Positions 7,666 to 15,209 are shown, numbered from the stretch's first letter. The stretch: 18,125 nt of DNA from a virus (IMGVR_UViG_3300047493_000037:158713-176837), one strand, 5' to 3'. Translations and numbers: made by a program. The notes: generated from the sequence alone by a model not told the origin.

Positions 7666-8125
7666 ATACCATCGCTTCTTCAAGAAGTTGCATGGCTCCA
7701 ATGCTTGCCACTTGATCTCTTCCTGAGAAGATACGCGTGAATCTGCTGCGATCCTCGTTGTAGTAACCTACTCCATTATAATAAGCACTGTGCCCATCAG
7801 TACAAACATACCAACCATTGCGCCTACAAATAGCGTTCATCTCCTTGCGATTAGCAAAAGTAAACTTTCCAATCTCAAGTTTTGCCAATTCATTAGCGAT
7901 GTGTGCTTCGCGAACAAGCATTTTAAGTTCACTAATGCTCTTTTTCATGAGCTTTTTAGAAGCCCTTATTGGACCATCTGGATCGTGGGTAATGTAACGC
8001 TTTTTCCAGTATAAATGATCTGCAAAACGAGCTTCACGCTTACGAGCAGTATGCCTCATTGCTTGCAACTCATTTTTCTTATACATTAAGGCACAAAGAC
8101 GAATTAAGTCATTGTTATGTTCCAT
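7658..8125 (-). CDS. Hypothetical basic protein (155 aa)
   Basis: GAGGGA RBS. ATYCCGA motif upstream. Confidence 0.8.
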   Translation of the reverse strand: MEHNNDLIRLCALMYKKNELQAMRHTARKREARFADHLYWKKRYITHDPDGPIRASKKLMKKSISELKMLVREAHIANELAKLEIGKFTFANRKEMNAICRRNGWYVCTDGHSAYYNGVGYYNEDRSRFTRIFSGRDQVASIGAMQLLEEAMVCD

Positions 8126-8139
8126 AATTCCCTCGTGTT

Positions 8140-8155
8140 TAGATAAGATCGGGAT
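8140..8155 (-). promoter_or_regulatory. ATYCCGA-class promoter-like motif
   Basis: ATCCCGA-TCT-TATCTA upstream of ATG 8125. Confidence 0.55.
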
Positions 8156-8159
8156 CGAG

Positions 8160-8522
8160 TTATTGATGCAGTTTTACTACACTCTTAACAACTTTCCAGT
8201 CAATTGGTCCACTGTTTCCCCAACTTTTGCACTTTTCCTGCAGTTGGCGCAATGAAACCCTCTTAACTTCGCAAGATTTCCTTATGCACAAACCATGAAT
8301 AGATCCGCGAGGATGCTCGGAGTCGTAGTGCTTACCACCAACAACAATCCAGCAGTGACAATCACAAGACATGATCTTTGATCTAGGATTCAGCTTATGC
8401 AAGATTACAGCAAATTGATAGCACCAACCAGAATTGATGCTGTATTCACCATAAAGTGGATAGTCAGCACGATTCTTATTCCACACATTAACAAAGTTTT
8501 CAATCAGCTTCTTTGTTATCAT
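8160..8522 (-). CDS. Small putative Cys-His-Asp (papain/transglutaminase-like) protein
   Basis: INSGWCYQFA...CHCW...GKHYDSE gives the Cys, His, Asp order typical of such folds. Family assignment is inferred by eye. Confidence 0.55.
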   Translation of the reverse strand: MITKKLIENFVNVWNKNRADYPLYGEYSINSGWCYQFAVILHKLNPRSKIMSCDCHCWIVVGGKHYDSEHPRGSIHGLCIRKSCEVKRVSLRQLQEKCKSWGNSGPIDWKVVKSVVKLHQ

Positions 8523-8588
8523 TAATGACCCCAAAAATGCTTAATAACCATTCCAACAGCGAGATAGAGACAAAATGTGCATGATAAG

Positions 8589-8768
8589 TCAATCAGTCTT
8601 ATTATCATATTCACTCCTCATTAAGGCTGCTATTTCTTGTCTCTCTATAAATGGGTCGATCTCTCGATCAGTAACCTTGTATTTGGTGGAACTTTTTATG
8701 TCGAGAGCAACGAGTAGATCTAATAGATAGCAACAACATAAAAATGGTCTATCTTCAACAACTCTCAT
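8589..8768 (-). CDS. Leu-helix microprotein (59 aa; YLLDLLVALDI)
   Basis: Manual translation. ATGA overlap. Confidence 0.65.
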   Translation of the reverse strand: MRVVEDRPFLCCCYLLDLLVALDIKSSTKYKVTDREIDPFIERQEIAALMRSEYDNKTD

Positions 8769-8944
8769 TGCTCACTTAATCTTATAGATAAATATATGTT
8801 CAGGAATGAGCGTCTGTGCCGCATTCTACGAGTAAAGTCACCTATGTCGCTATCATAGTGCTTATTACCACAACTATTTATTCCTAGGCAATACAAGACC
8901 CACGTTAGATCTATTGCGGACTGGTGATCAGGCTTTCTATCCAC
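8765..8944 (-). CDS. Leu-helix microprotein (59 aa; LTWVLYCLGI)
   Basis: Manual translation. GTG start overlaps the upstream stop. Confidence 0.55.
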   Translation of the reverse strand: MDRKPDHQSAIDLTWVLYCLGINSCGNKHYDSDIGDFTRRMRHRRSFLNIYLSIRLSEQ

Positions 8945-9116
8945 GACTCATTATCCTATCTACGAAGTCACCAATTGGTCTAGGATCGTGGTGGCGCTGC
9001 AAGACGTCGTCGGCAGATTGAATTCCTAAACTATTAAGAAGAGAAACTAATTTATCAGCAGATATAAGCATAACCCATTCACGTTCTCTAGAAAAGCAAG
9101 AATCATTATAATTCAT
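8937..9116 (-). CDS. Leu-helix microprotein (LVSLLNSLGI)
   Basis: ORF track gives 8937..9137 (GTG). ATG 9116 gives a smaller overlap. Confidence 0.65.
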   Translation of the reverse strand: MNYNDSCFSREREWVMLISADKLVSLLNSLGIQSADDVLQRHHDPRPIGDFVDRIMSRG

Positions 9117-9261
9117 ATTGATCCAGTATACTTTCACCTACAAGGGTTGATAGCATTCGCATAAGCTTACCATGAGATCTCCTCATCTCCTGAGTCCATG
9201 GAGTAGTAGGTGGAATTTCCATCCACTTTAACAAAAGTGTATCAAACTTTTCTCTAGTCAT
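9106..9261 (-). CDS. Leu-helix microprotein, subfamily A-like (51 aa; LMRMLSTLVG)
   Basis: Manual translation. ATGA overlap. Confidence 0.7.
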   Translation of the reverse strand: MTREKFDTLLLKWMEIPPTTPWTQEMRRSHGKLMRMLSTLVGESILDQYEL

Positions 9262-9431
9262 TTGATAGGTGATTCGAATTCAAAACCAACAAGTTTACCA
9301 ACTAGAACAACTAATAATAGTACATTAATTTTGCTCTTATTAGATAGCATTAACCATTGAGGATCATCGCCGTCGCGATTCCAGCGTTTAATTGCTTCAC
9401 GCAACTCCACATCTCTTCTCAACGCATCCAT
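9258..9431 (-). CDS. Leu-helix microprotein (57 aa; LVVLVGKLVG)
   Basis: Manual translation. First gene after composite element copy 2. Confidence 0.7.
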   Translation of the reverse strand: MDALRRDVELREAIKRWNRDGDDPQWLMLSNKSKINVLLLVVLVGKLVGFEFESPIK

Positions 9432-9436
9432 CAATT

Positions 9437-9493
9437 CTTATAAGATCGGGATTGGGGTAGTAGGTTGGCGTAGCAGTGTCAGTGCATGGTGCG
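9437..9493 (-). promoter_or_regulatory. Composite element, copy 2
   Basis: GGCGTAGCAGTGTCAG at 9467-9482 plus GCATGGTGCG at 9484. 14-nt spacer, ATCCCGA-TCT-TATAAG, 5 nt, ATG 9431. Confidence 0.75.
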
Positions 9494-9547
9494 GCCGATA
9501 AGCACAGCGAAATTAGTCTTATATTTCATATAGTTATAAATAATAAT

Positions 9548-9575
9548 GCAGACCCCAGGTTTCCCCAGGGTCTGC
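9548..9575 (-). terminator. Hairpin / probable terminator
   Basis: 12-bp stem GCAGACCCTGGG/CCTGGGGTCTGC with a GAAA loop, followed by ATTATTTATT. Confidence 0.7.
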
Positions 9576-9647
9576 GATGTTCTGCCACACACTCCGATTA
9601 AGAAATAAGTACGACAGCGATTCCCTACTATAAAAGTGGGATATTGT

Positions 9648-9794
9648 TTAAAAACCGTTAACGATATCGTAGACTACAAAGGCAACAATGGTGATGCAGA
9701 TATTTGCGGCTAAATTCTCGTAACCGTGAGTTTTCAAACCGTCACAGAAGATCCACATAACGGGGACAGTAACTGCCATTCTAACTAAAAACAT
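9648..9794 (-). CDS. Small membrane protein (48 aa, two hydrophobic segments)
   Basis: TAATG overlap with 9794..10003. MFLVRMAVTVPVMWIF...ICITIVAFVVYDIV. Confidence 0.6.
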   Translation of the reverse strand: MFLVRMAVTVPVMWIFCDGLKTHGYENLAANICITIVAFVVYDIVNGF

Positions 9795-10003
9795 TAGCGC
9801 ACCCGCTTTCCGTTCGTGAAAGTTCCAAACGCATCGGCGAGATGAAAAGCAGGAGTGAGCAAGTCTTGGCGCAAGAGTTTTTCTCTGCGAGCCTTCACCT
9901 GAGCGATATACCAATCGCTTGAGAAGTAAACCTTCGCTTCATCGTCAGTGAGAGTGGTCAGACCAACGCGCGCAGGAACCTTAACTTGAAATTTCTCTTC
10001 CAT
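9794..10003 (-). CDS. Hypothetical protein (69 aa)
   Basis: GGAG RBS and a clean ORF. Confidence 0.7.
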   Translation of the reverse strand: MEEKFQVKVPARVGLTTLTDDEAKVYFSSDWYIAQVKARREKLLRQDLLTPAFHLADAFGTFTNGKRVR

Positions 10004-10304
10004 ACAGACTCCATTTGGTTATAGACCCTATCTCCACATTCAGGTCCATACTTTGTCTTCTATGAGTTACCATCACACTTTGACAGCAGGTAACCGGTAG
10101 TGGAAAGACGCTTGCTTCTCATTTATTAGCAGCAAAATTAAGCTTAAGTGCAATATCACTCATGATATCACCTTAATTTTGCCCCACATACTTGAATCGC
10201 TTCGATTGGGTTAAAACTCTTATCGCCCTGCCGGGTTTTCGGAGTAAGCCAATGCCATGGACTTCGTTCGGTGGTTGCTAAACCTTTTAAATTTCTTATG
10301 TCTA

Positions 10305-10320
10305 AATCTAGATTCGGAAT
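10305..10320 (-). promoter_or_regulatory. ATYCCGA-class promoter-like motif
   Basis: ATTCCGA-ATC-TAGATT overlapping the stop of 10308..10454. Confidence 0.5.
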
Positions 10321-10454
10321 CGAGTTGGAGTTATCCTACTCTTAATGAGATTAAGTCCGTTGTATTCCCAAGTAGTCCCACTTAATCTTCCTACTTTATA
10401 CAATACTGCTTCGGATAGAAAATAAAGTAATTGCCGAAATTGATTATCAGTCAT
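10308..10454 (-). CDS. Possible Leu-helix microprotein (48 aa; RQLLYFLSE)
   Basis: ATG 10454 lies directly after the hairpin, within ORF-track entry 10308..10511. Confidence 0.5.
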   Translation of the reverse strand: MTDNQFRQLLYFLSEAVLYKVGRLSGTTWEYNGLNLIKSRITPTRFRI

Positions 10455-10463
10455 ATAAATAGG

Positions 10464-10510
10464 TGTGGGAAGAGCAACTACCTCGCATCCGGAGGATTGC
10501 TCTTCCCACA
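10464..10510 (-). terminator. Long hairpin downstream of GC-rich paralog 1
   Basis: 14-bp perfect inverted repeat TGTGGGAAGAGCAA/TTGCTCTTCCCACA with an inner CCTC/GAGG stem. Confidence 0.7.
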
Positions 10511-10536
10511 TATTGGTGGCTTATCGCAGTCGATCC

Positions 10537-11019
10537 TTACCCGACCAGGTGCTCGAGACCAGAAGCCTTGAGCAATGCGATCTGGTCCGCAGTGAGCTCT
10601 TTCTTCACAGCGGCAGGACGAAGTTCGGCAACGCGCTTGTCGATGAACGCCTGAATTTCAGCGCGCTCAGTCTTGTCCGTCTTCGTTGCGAGAAGAAGGC
10701 GCATCGCAGCGATCGACTCGTCCTTCGAGCCGGCGCGAGAGCCAGGGTTTTTAGCTTCGTACTTGACGTTGCCGTTCAAGCGTGGGTCTTTGCGCAGCCA
10801 GTTGGACTGCAAGCCGGAGACGTATGCCTTGAGCTTGGCATCGTCATATTGCTTGCTCGAATCGAGCTCGATCTTGCCTTCGCGAAAGCCTTCGAATAGG
10901 ATCTGGTTGACTGAAGCCCGCTGTTCCTTGGTAGGTTGGCAAGCTTCTTCGAAAGAGGTGACACCGAAAACACCGCAGAGAGCGGCAAAGACTGCATTCT
11001 TCTGATTCATTTGGCTCAT
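10537..11019 (-). CDS. GC-rich conserved hypothetical protein, paralog 1 (160 aa)
   Basis: GGAGG RBS before ATG 11019. Strong codon bias. 50/60 identical to 15470..15922 over the RKD..ELxP core. Confidence 0.9.
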   Translation of the reverse strand: MSQMNQKNAVFAALCGVFGVTSFEEACQPTKEQRASVNQILFEGFREGKIELDSSKQYDDAKLKAYVSGLQSNWLRKDPRLNGNVKYEAKNPGSRAGSKDESIAAMRLLLATKTDKTERAEIQAFIDKRVAELRPAAVKKELTADQIALLKASGLEHLVG

Positions 11020-11091
11020 GTATGTTCCTCCAAACATGATTTGTTACACACTTGATTAGTTTCAGAATTATTTCGTCACTAATCACTTACA

Positions 11092-11232
11092 CTACAATTG
11101 TAGGTTCGGAATATTCTTCCTTGAGAAGGTAACTATTTGGCGGGTAGAAAAGTCACAATTAAGTTTTAACTTAACAAGTAAGCATTCCAAGGCGATGACA
11201 GCTGTGACGTGACTTATTACACTATTGCTCAT
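11092..11232 (-). CDS. Leu-helix microprotein (46 aa; LECLLVKLKL)
   Basis: Manual translation. ATGA overlap. Confidence 0.65.
   Translation of the reverse strand: MSNSVISHVTAVIALECLLVKLKLNCDFSTRQIVTFSRKNIPNLQL
11097..11112 (-). promoter_or_regulatory. ATYCCGA-class promoter-like motif for paralog 1
   Basis: ATTCCGA-ACC-TACAAT, embedded in the 3' end of the last array gene. Confidence 0.6.
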
Positions 11233-11399
11233 CGTATGAAATTTCTTTTTCCTTGTCTTGTGGCAAACTCTGCAAAACTGTAATTATTTACTTCATCATA
11301 ATCCACTAAATCAAGATTATGAAGTAGTGCTAATAGCATAGATAAAGGTGGAACAGTAGTTTCCTTGCACAGGCTAAGATAGTTTGATTTATTTGGCAT
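11229..11399 (-). CDS. Leu-helix microprotein (56 aa; MLLALLHNLDL)
   Basis: Manual translation. Overlaps both neighbours. Confidence 0.65.
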   Translation of the reverse strand: MPNKSNYLSLCKETTVPPLSMLLALLHNLDLVDYDEVNNYSFAEFATRQGKRNFIR

Positions 11400-11529
11400 T
11401 GAATAGTGCCGCCTTCAAGTTTAGTCCTGTTAAAAGACTTAACAAATCAAATAATTTATATGCAGATTTTCTGACCTCTGGTGTAATTTCAGCATAGTTA
11501 GCAGAGTTACGATATTTTGACCACTTCAT
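11389..11529 (-). CDS. Leu-helix microprotein (46 aa; LFDLLSLLTG)
   Basis: Manual translation. Starts 2 nt after the upstream stop. Confidence 0.65.
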   Translation of the reverse strand: MKWSKYRNSANYAEITPEVRKSAYKLFDLLSLLTGLNLKAALFNAK

Positions 11530-11530
11530 G

Positions 11531-11674
11531 CTATTCCTTTAAAACCCTATCAGTATAGTCACAAACCCTTACAACAGTTGCACCATCTTTCCAAGGTTTC
11601 ATGAGCTTAAATGTCTTTAGAAGATGAACAAGTCTCATAACGCTAGCGTCAATAATGTGTCTATCTTTCACCAT
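11531..11674 (-). CDS. Leu-helix microprotein (47 aa; LVHLLKTFKL)
   Basis: Manual translation. Overlaps the upstream stop. Confidence 0.65.
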   Translation of the reverse strand: MVKDRHIIDASVMRLVHLLKTFKLMKPWKDGATVVRVCDYTDRVLKE

Positions 11675-11829
11675 AAGGCTCTATCCCTAAATCTGTTTCT
11701 TCTTCTACCTATATAGCTAATAGCAAGGAGAGCTGTATCGGCAATATTAGTAGACTTTGTTAAGCTTAAACTAATCAAAAGACGTAACAATGAATATATC
11801 GAGTTATCGTGACTACTGGAATACTTCAT
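11668..11829 (-). CDS. Leu-helix microprotein (53 aa; LLRLLISLSL)
   Basis: Manual translation. ATGA overlap. Confidence 0.65.
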   Translation of the reverse strand: MKYSSSHDNSIYSLLRLLISLSLTKSTNIADTALLAISYIGRRRNRFRDRALW

Positions 11830-12002
11830 TTCCACGACTTCCTATATCTTTTGTTATAAGCATGATGATTGCCAAGATCATTCATGTCTTCAAAATCCAT
11901 CACATGTAGGTTATTCAGCAGCACCAATAGGTATGCAATAGGTTTACAAACGAACCCATCTACATCATGCTTATGCAGTATTATGTATTTTCTTCTCACC
12001 AT
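11826..12002 (-). CDS. Leu-helix microprotein (58 aa; LLVLLNNLHV)
   Basis: Manual translation. Overlaps both neighbours. Confidence 0.65.
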   Translation of the reverse strand: MVRRKYIILHKHDVDGFVCKPIAYLLVLLNNLHVMDFEDMNDLGNHHAYNKRYRKSWK

Positions 12003-12199
12003 CCCGGATGATACATCTTTCTATGCTTCAAGAACTTAAAACTTCCCAAAAAGCAACGACACATGCCAATCTTCTCAGTGTACTTGATAAGCGTATACCA
12101 ATACGACGCTTCTCTTTGTCTTATCAAAGATATTGCTTTTATTTTGCCAAGAAACTCAATTAGATGCTTAGCATCACTAAAATCTGTGTTTTCCATCAC
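11996..12199 (-). CDS. Leu-helix microprotein (67 aa; LIEFLGKIKA)
   Basis: ORF track. GTGA overlap. Confidence 0.65.
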   Translation of the reverse strand: MMENTDFSDAKHLIEFLGKIKAISLIRQREASYWYTLIKYTEKIGMCRCFLGSFKFLKHRKMYHPGW

Positions 12200-12336
12200 T
12201 TTAGGTGCCTAATTATAAAATTGTTAACACGTATGACACCAGGAGGTGTTGTCTCCATTAAACCTAGGTTGCCCAAGATAACGAGGAGCGAAACGACGTC
12301 ATCATGAATCACACGATATAAACTATAATGCCTCAT
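12196..12336 (-). CDS. Leu-helix microprotein (46 aa; LLVILGNLGL)
   Basis: Manual translation. Confidence 0.6.
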   Translation of the reverse strand: MRHYSLYRVIHDDVVSLLVILGNLGLMETTPPGVIRVNNFIIRHLK

Positions 12337-12565
12337 AGCAGATAATACCAATAACTAAACCAATCACTGCACTAATGCCGACCCAATTGGGGAAGAAATG
12401 GAAATGTGGTCTAAACCATGCCAAGTATGAGCTATTACCAATATTAAACTGGCCAATAGGTGTTTGAATGACGAATGTAATAGCATTCACCTTAATCGCA
12501 CTCTCATTGTCATAAGTGCCAAAGGTTTGAGACCAAGTATATCGCAATTTACTTATATTTACCAA
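12323..12565 (-). CDS. Small protein with a C-terminal transmembrane segment (about 80 aa; start uncertain)
   Basis: WVGISAVIGLVIGIICY is hydrophobic. Fills the gap in the array. Confidence 0.6.
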   Translation of the reverse strand: MVNISKLRYTWSQTFGTYDNESAIKVNAITFVIQTPIGQFNIGNSSYLAWFRPHFHFFPNWVGISAVIGLVIGIICYEAL

Positions 12566-12689
12566 TCTTTAGTTTCCTCACAGTGAAATTCCACGCATCC
12601 ATTCTTACAATGAATGGGTAGATTTTAAGTCGACCTATTAACTCTAACAACAATATAACAGATAAATATTCCTTATGAAAATCCTTCAT
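12549..12689 (-). CDS. Leu-helix microprotein (46 aa; LLELIGRLKI)
   Basis: Manual translation. Confidence 0.6.
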   Translation of the reverse strand: MKDFHKEYLSVILLLELIGRLKIYPFIVRMDAWNFTVRKLKIGKYK

Positions 12690-12714
12690 GAGTGCCTTCT
12701 TTGCAGCAAAGATG

Positions 12715-12873
12715 TCATAAATCGTAAAACTCGCCTGTTCCCAGAAGTGCGGATAACAACTCGAGCAATGCGATCACGCTATTATCATGCGCTTCCTGGC
12801 CCATACCCTTGCAAGTGGGATACCACTCGGTGCATAGTTTATCTAACAGAAAATCTATCTCTGCGTTAGTCAT
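12715..12873 (-). CDS. Leu-helix microprotein, subfamily A (52 aa; LLELLSALLGTGEF)
   Basis: ORF-track entry 12715..12903, with the start refined to ATG 12873. Confidence 0.8.
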   Translation of the reverse strand: MTNAEIDFLLDKLCTEWYPTCKGMGQEAHDNSVIALLELLSALLGTGEFYDL

Positions 12874-13042
12874 TACTTTTATGCCTAACATATCTATCAA
12901 CAAGTCCAGATATGTTCTCGTAATCTAGCGCGTCAACAGGTATGACTATATTCAAGCGCATTAGAAATCGCACTAGCGTTAGTAATTCGTGCTTAAGAAG
13001 AAACCTATTAATGCGCTGCTTAGGAGTTAAGTTGGTTTTCAT
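12866..13042 (-). CDS. Leu-helix microprotein (58 aa; LVRFLMRLNI)
   Basis: Manual translation. ATGA overlap. Confidence 0.65.
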   Translation of the reverse strand: MKTNLTPKQRINRFLLKHELLTLVRFLMRLNIVIPVDALDYENISGLVDRYVRHKSND

Positions 13043-13179
13043 ATGTTATAAAACCTCTTAGTGCCGATAAGCGCCGATAACAGCTCGCATAATGCGGTTA
13101 CGGCATATCGCTTGTCATCGTCGTCCTCATAACCAGCTTTTACCCAGAAATCCTTAACAATGTCTTCCCTAGTTTTCAT
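13039..13179 (-). CDS. Leu-helix microprotein, subfamily A (46 aa; LCELLSALIGTKRF)
   Basis: Manual translation. ATGA overlaps at both ends. Confidence 0.8.
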   Translation of the reverse strand: MKTREDIVKDFWVKAGYEDDDDKRYAVTALCELLSALIGTKRFYNI

Positions 13180-13349
13180 CCCTTTGGCTCTATTCCTAAC
13201 AAATACAGCAACTTAGCCAAATTGAACGCACCACCTCGCGCATCCTCGCTCGAACCTGCCACCCAATGTGCGTTCAACTTAGATATGAATCCGTCTTTCA
13301 CGTCATACCAAGTCTCTGCACAGTTCCACTTGTCAAGTCTGTACGTCAT
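13176..13349 (-). CDS. Leu-helix microprotein (57 aa; LAKLLYLLGIEP)
   Basis: ORF track, with the start refined to the ATGA overlap at 13349. Confidence 0.75.
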   Translation of the reverse strand: MTYRLDKWNCAETWYDVKDGFISKLNAHWVAGSSEDARGGAFNLAKLLYLLGIEPKG

Positions 13350-13594
13350 GGATCCCAAAAGTCGTTTCTCTTCCACACATCCACACTCAACTTAATGAGG
13401 AGTACCCCTAGCACTCGGGTAGTGCGGATATCTACCCACCAGCACCCGTTGCATCCACCTCGAGCGTATGGGTAGACATCCCTCTCCTTAAGCCTATTAG
13501 CCCACCTATACCAATCATGCCAAGGGGTGAAGTATGCACTCTTTGGATGCTGACGGTGCCTGTTATCTTTACACATTTTACATTCGGATGACAT
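13346..13594 (-). CDS. Leu-helix microprotein with two CxxC (82 aa; LGVLLIKLSV)
   Basis: ORF track 13346..13651. ATG 13594 preferred. CKMC and CNGC present. Confidence 0.65.
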   Translation of the reverse strand: MSSECKMCKDNRHRQHPKSAYFTPWHDWYRWANRLKERDVYPYARGGCNGCWWVDIRTTRVLGVLLIKLSVDVWKRNDFWDP

Positions 13595-13671
13595 ATAACT
13601 CGCTGATATGGTTAGGGCAAGGGGAGACAAACCTATCGATGGGCCGCCCACTCACTATACACTCACCTAAA

Positions 13672-13812
13672 TTAGAACTCTGCCGTGCCTATCAACTTAG
13701 ATAATAGCCTACATAAGCTAAACAATGCACCTGCGCGGTCCTGTCTACCCCTTATGGGGAGACGACAGTAGAGATAAATCAAGGATTGTCCTATATCATC
13801 TCTAGATCTCAC
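13672..13812 (-). CDS. Leu-helix microprotein, subfamily A (46 aa; LCRLLSKLIGTAEF)
   Basis: GTGA overlap start at 13812. Confidence 0.8.
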   Translation of the reverse strand: MRSRDDIGQSLIYLYCRLPIRGRQDRAGALFSLCRLLSKLIGTAEF

Positions 13813-13952
13813 AAGTTTATATCTCCTGTCCCTAGGAGGGAGGATAACAATCTTGCGAGACACCTCTCGGAGCGGCTCGCATACGGTGGCAGGTCGCTTC
13901 TAAAGAACCAGTAGAAGAGGAACTTGTCTACCTGCAGGGGAGATGGTCTCAT
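13809..13952 (-). CDS. Leu-helix microprotein, subfamily A (47 aa; LARLLSSLLGTGDI)
   Basis: Manual translation. 4-nt overlaps at both ends. Confidence 0.8.
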   Translation of the reverse strand: MRPSPLQVDKFLFYWFFRSDLPPYASRSERCLARLLSSLLGTGDINL

Positions 13953-14083
13953 ATGAATCTCCCATTAGATATGAGGATGGACAGGAGTTTGCACAGGTTA
14001 TACTTCGGGAGATACTGCCGACTGCTAGCCAACGGCATCACCTGGTAGTACCACTTGTGCAGCTGCCAATCAAGGTCCTTCAC
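13949..14083 (-). CDS. Leu-helix microprotein, subfamily A (44 aa; LCKLLSILISNGRF)
   Basis: Manual translation. 4-nt overlaps at both ends. Confidence 0.8.
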   Translation of the reverse strand: MKDLDWQLHKWYYQVMPLASSRQYLPKYNLCKLLSILISNGRFI

Positions 14084-14226
14084 TGGAATGCTCCGTTGCC
14101 TATAAATAGCGATAACAGCTCGCAAAGCTTGTGCTGAGCGACGTTCTTGCTCTCCCTATAGTTGGGTGTGTTGTTGTAAAACCACACGTCGAGCACTTCA
14201 TCTACCCGACTACGTCTCCCTGTCAT
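14080..14226 (-). CDS. Leu-helix microprotein, subfamily A (48 aa; LCELLSLFIGNGAF)
   Basis: ATG 14226 is the first codon after composite element copy 3. Confidence 0.8.
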   Translation of the reverse strand: MTGRRSRVDEVLDVWFYNNTPNYRESKNVAQHKLCELLSLFIGNGAFQ

Positions 14227-14231
14227 GTTGA

Positions 14232-14297
14232 TGTATATGATCGGGATAGGCCGATGGCGCACTGGCGGGGAGCTGGAGTGCGGCGTAGCAGTGTCAG
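14232..14297 (-). promoter_or_regulatory. Composite element, copy 3
   Basis: GGCGTAGCAGTGTCAG at 14282-14297. 34-nt spacer containing a CGCACT/AGTGCG inverted repeat. ATCCCGA-TCA-TATACA, 5 nt, ATG 14226. Confidence 0.75.
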
Positions 14298-14334
14298 CTA
14301 TAGCTAGGGCCACGCTCAGCGGGGAATAGGAGTT

Positions 14335-14401
14335 GGGAGGGATGGCCTGAGCCTATCCCTCCCTCTATGCAGCGTTGGTAACAGCTGACGTAACACGCTG
14401 C
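14335..14401. other. Two tandem hairpins after the 15209-14401 operon
   Basis: GGGAGGGAT/ATCCCTCCC with inner GGC/GCC (14335-14363), and GCAGCGT/ACGCTGC (14369-14401). No U-tract. Confidence 0.65.
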
Positions 14402-14562
14402 TAGGACTGAGTTGACTGTAGCTCGCAGAAATAACAGCGGCAATCCGCGCTCGGATTCTCTTTAATAGCTACAACATGGGAATGCTCTGGCATGGGGATA
14501 GATGCACCTTCCACAATCTCTTCGAACTGCTGCATCAAGTCTTTATCTGAGTGATAGCTCAT
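14401..14562 (-). CDS. Small protein with C-terminal CxCxxC (53 aa)
   Basis: Manual translation MSYHSDKDL...DCRCYFCE. ATGA overlap. Confidence 0.6.
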   Translation of the reverse strand: MSYHSDKDLMQQFEEIVEGASIPMPEHSHVVAIKENPSADCRCYFCELQSTQS

Positions 14563-14684
14563 TTGCCCCTCCGAGTCCAGTCGTCAAACTCCTTGTTAGC
14601 AATCCTCATGGCGTAGTTGTATCCGCACATGAATGCCACGAAGAGTGAGAATAGAATAGCAATCATTCCATAGGCATATGTCAT
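14559..14684 (-). CDS. Small single-pass membrane protein (41 aa)
   Basis: MTYAYGMIAILFSLFVAFMCGY. ATGA overlaps at both ends. Confidence 0.6.
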   Translation of the reverse strand: MTYAYGMIAILFSLFVAFMCGYNYAMRIANKEFDDWTRRGK

Positions 14685-14836
14685 GCAACTCTCCTCTTGG
14701 CTACGAAGTCCACATAGACTACATTATCAGGTGCTGGACCACTCCACTCATCCACAATATCGCCGTCATGAGTATAGCTGCTTGAGTAGCAACTGCAGTC
14801 GTCAGCGGCTTCATCGCAACGGATACAGTAGTCCAT
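14681..14836 (-). CDS. Small acidic Cys-rich protein (51 aa; CxxC...CxC)
   Basis: GGAGG RBS. MDYCIRCDEAADDCSCY. Confidence 0.7.
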   Translation of the reverse strand: MDYCIRCDEAADDCSCYSSSYTHDGDIVDEWSGPAPDNVVYVDFVAKRRVA

Positions 14837-14846
14837 ACGTCCTCCT

Positions 14847-15209
14847 TCAGTCAGTTTGCTCGAAGTGATTGATGAGATCAGTCTTAGTGAGATGATCTGC
14901 CCAGCAATAGAGTTTGCCGTCTATCGCTCTGAGGAGCGAGATTTCCACGTCGTAGTGAGTGACTTGACCAGTTACTGAGTTAGTCCAACTCTTCCTAGCC
15001 GCAAAGTCAACCACATTGTCCCCAAACTTCTCATGAGCGCACGTGATCACTGTCATGTATGGCTCCTCGCTACCATACACGTTTTCCAGGACAGACTCAT
15101 GTTCAGTATCTCTCAATTCCTCATCAGTGTAGTCAGAGTCAGCAAGCACAATCAAGAATTTATGACCTCTCATAGATCCTCCATAGATTCGGATAAAGTT
15201 GGTGGTCAT
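14847..15209 (-). CDS. Hypothetical acidic protein (120 aa)
   Basis: ORF track. Heads a coupled mini-operon downstream of composite element copy 4. Confidence 0.75.
   Translation of the reverse strand: MTTNFIRIYGGSMRGHKFLIVLADSDYTDEELRDTEHESVLENVYGSEEPYMTVITCAHEKFGDNVVDFAARKSWTNSVTGQVTHYDVEISLLRAIDGKLYCWADHLTKTDLINHFEQTD

Noticed and set aside
9467-9482. CTGACA in the box as a sigma70 -35 element
   Set aside because: There is no -10 hexamer at 16-18 nt in any copy, and spacing to the TA hexamer varies widely.
10545-10600. C-terminal ELTADQIALLKASGL resembling a helicase-associated (HA) repeat
   Set aside because: Only a short helical resemblance, lacking the conserved aromatic residues. 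It cannot be supported without a profile search.
10463-11005. Plus-strand ORFs 10463..10654, 10465..10899 and 10673..11005
   Set aside because: Antisense shadows of the codon-biased minus-strand gene, which has the RBS and a paralog.
11092-14226. Stop-codon reassignment explaining the many short ORFs
   Set aside because: Successive ORFs change frame through ATGA/GTGA overlaps, all three stops are used, and long genes read through normally in the standard code.
12715-14226. Diversity-generating retroelement as the source of variation
   Set aside because: No reverse transcriptase and no near-identical TR/VR pair differing at adenines. Paralogs are diverged throughout.
15184-15195. Extra TCCGA matches at 15184 and 13584
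   Set aside because: They lie inside the 5' ends of coding regions and lack the full consensus, so they are probably chance matches.
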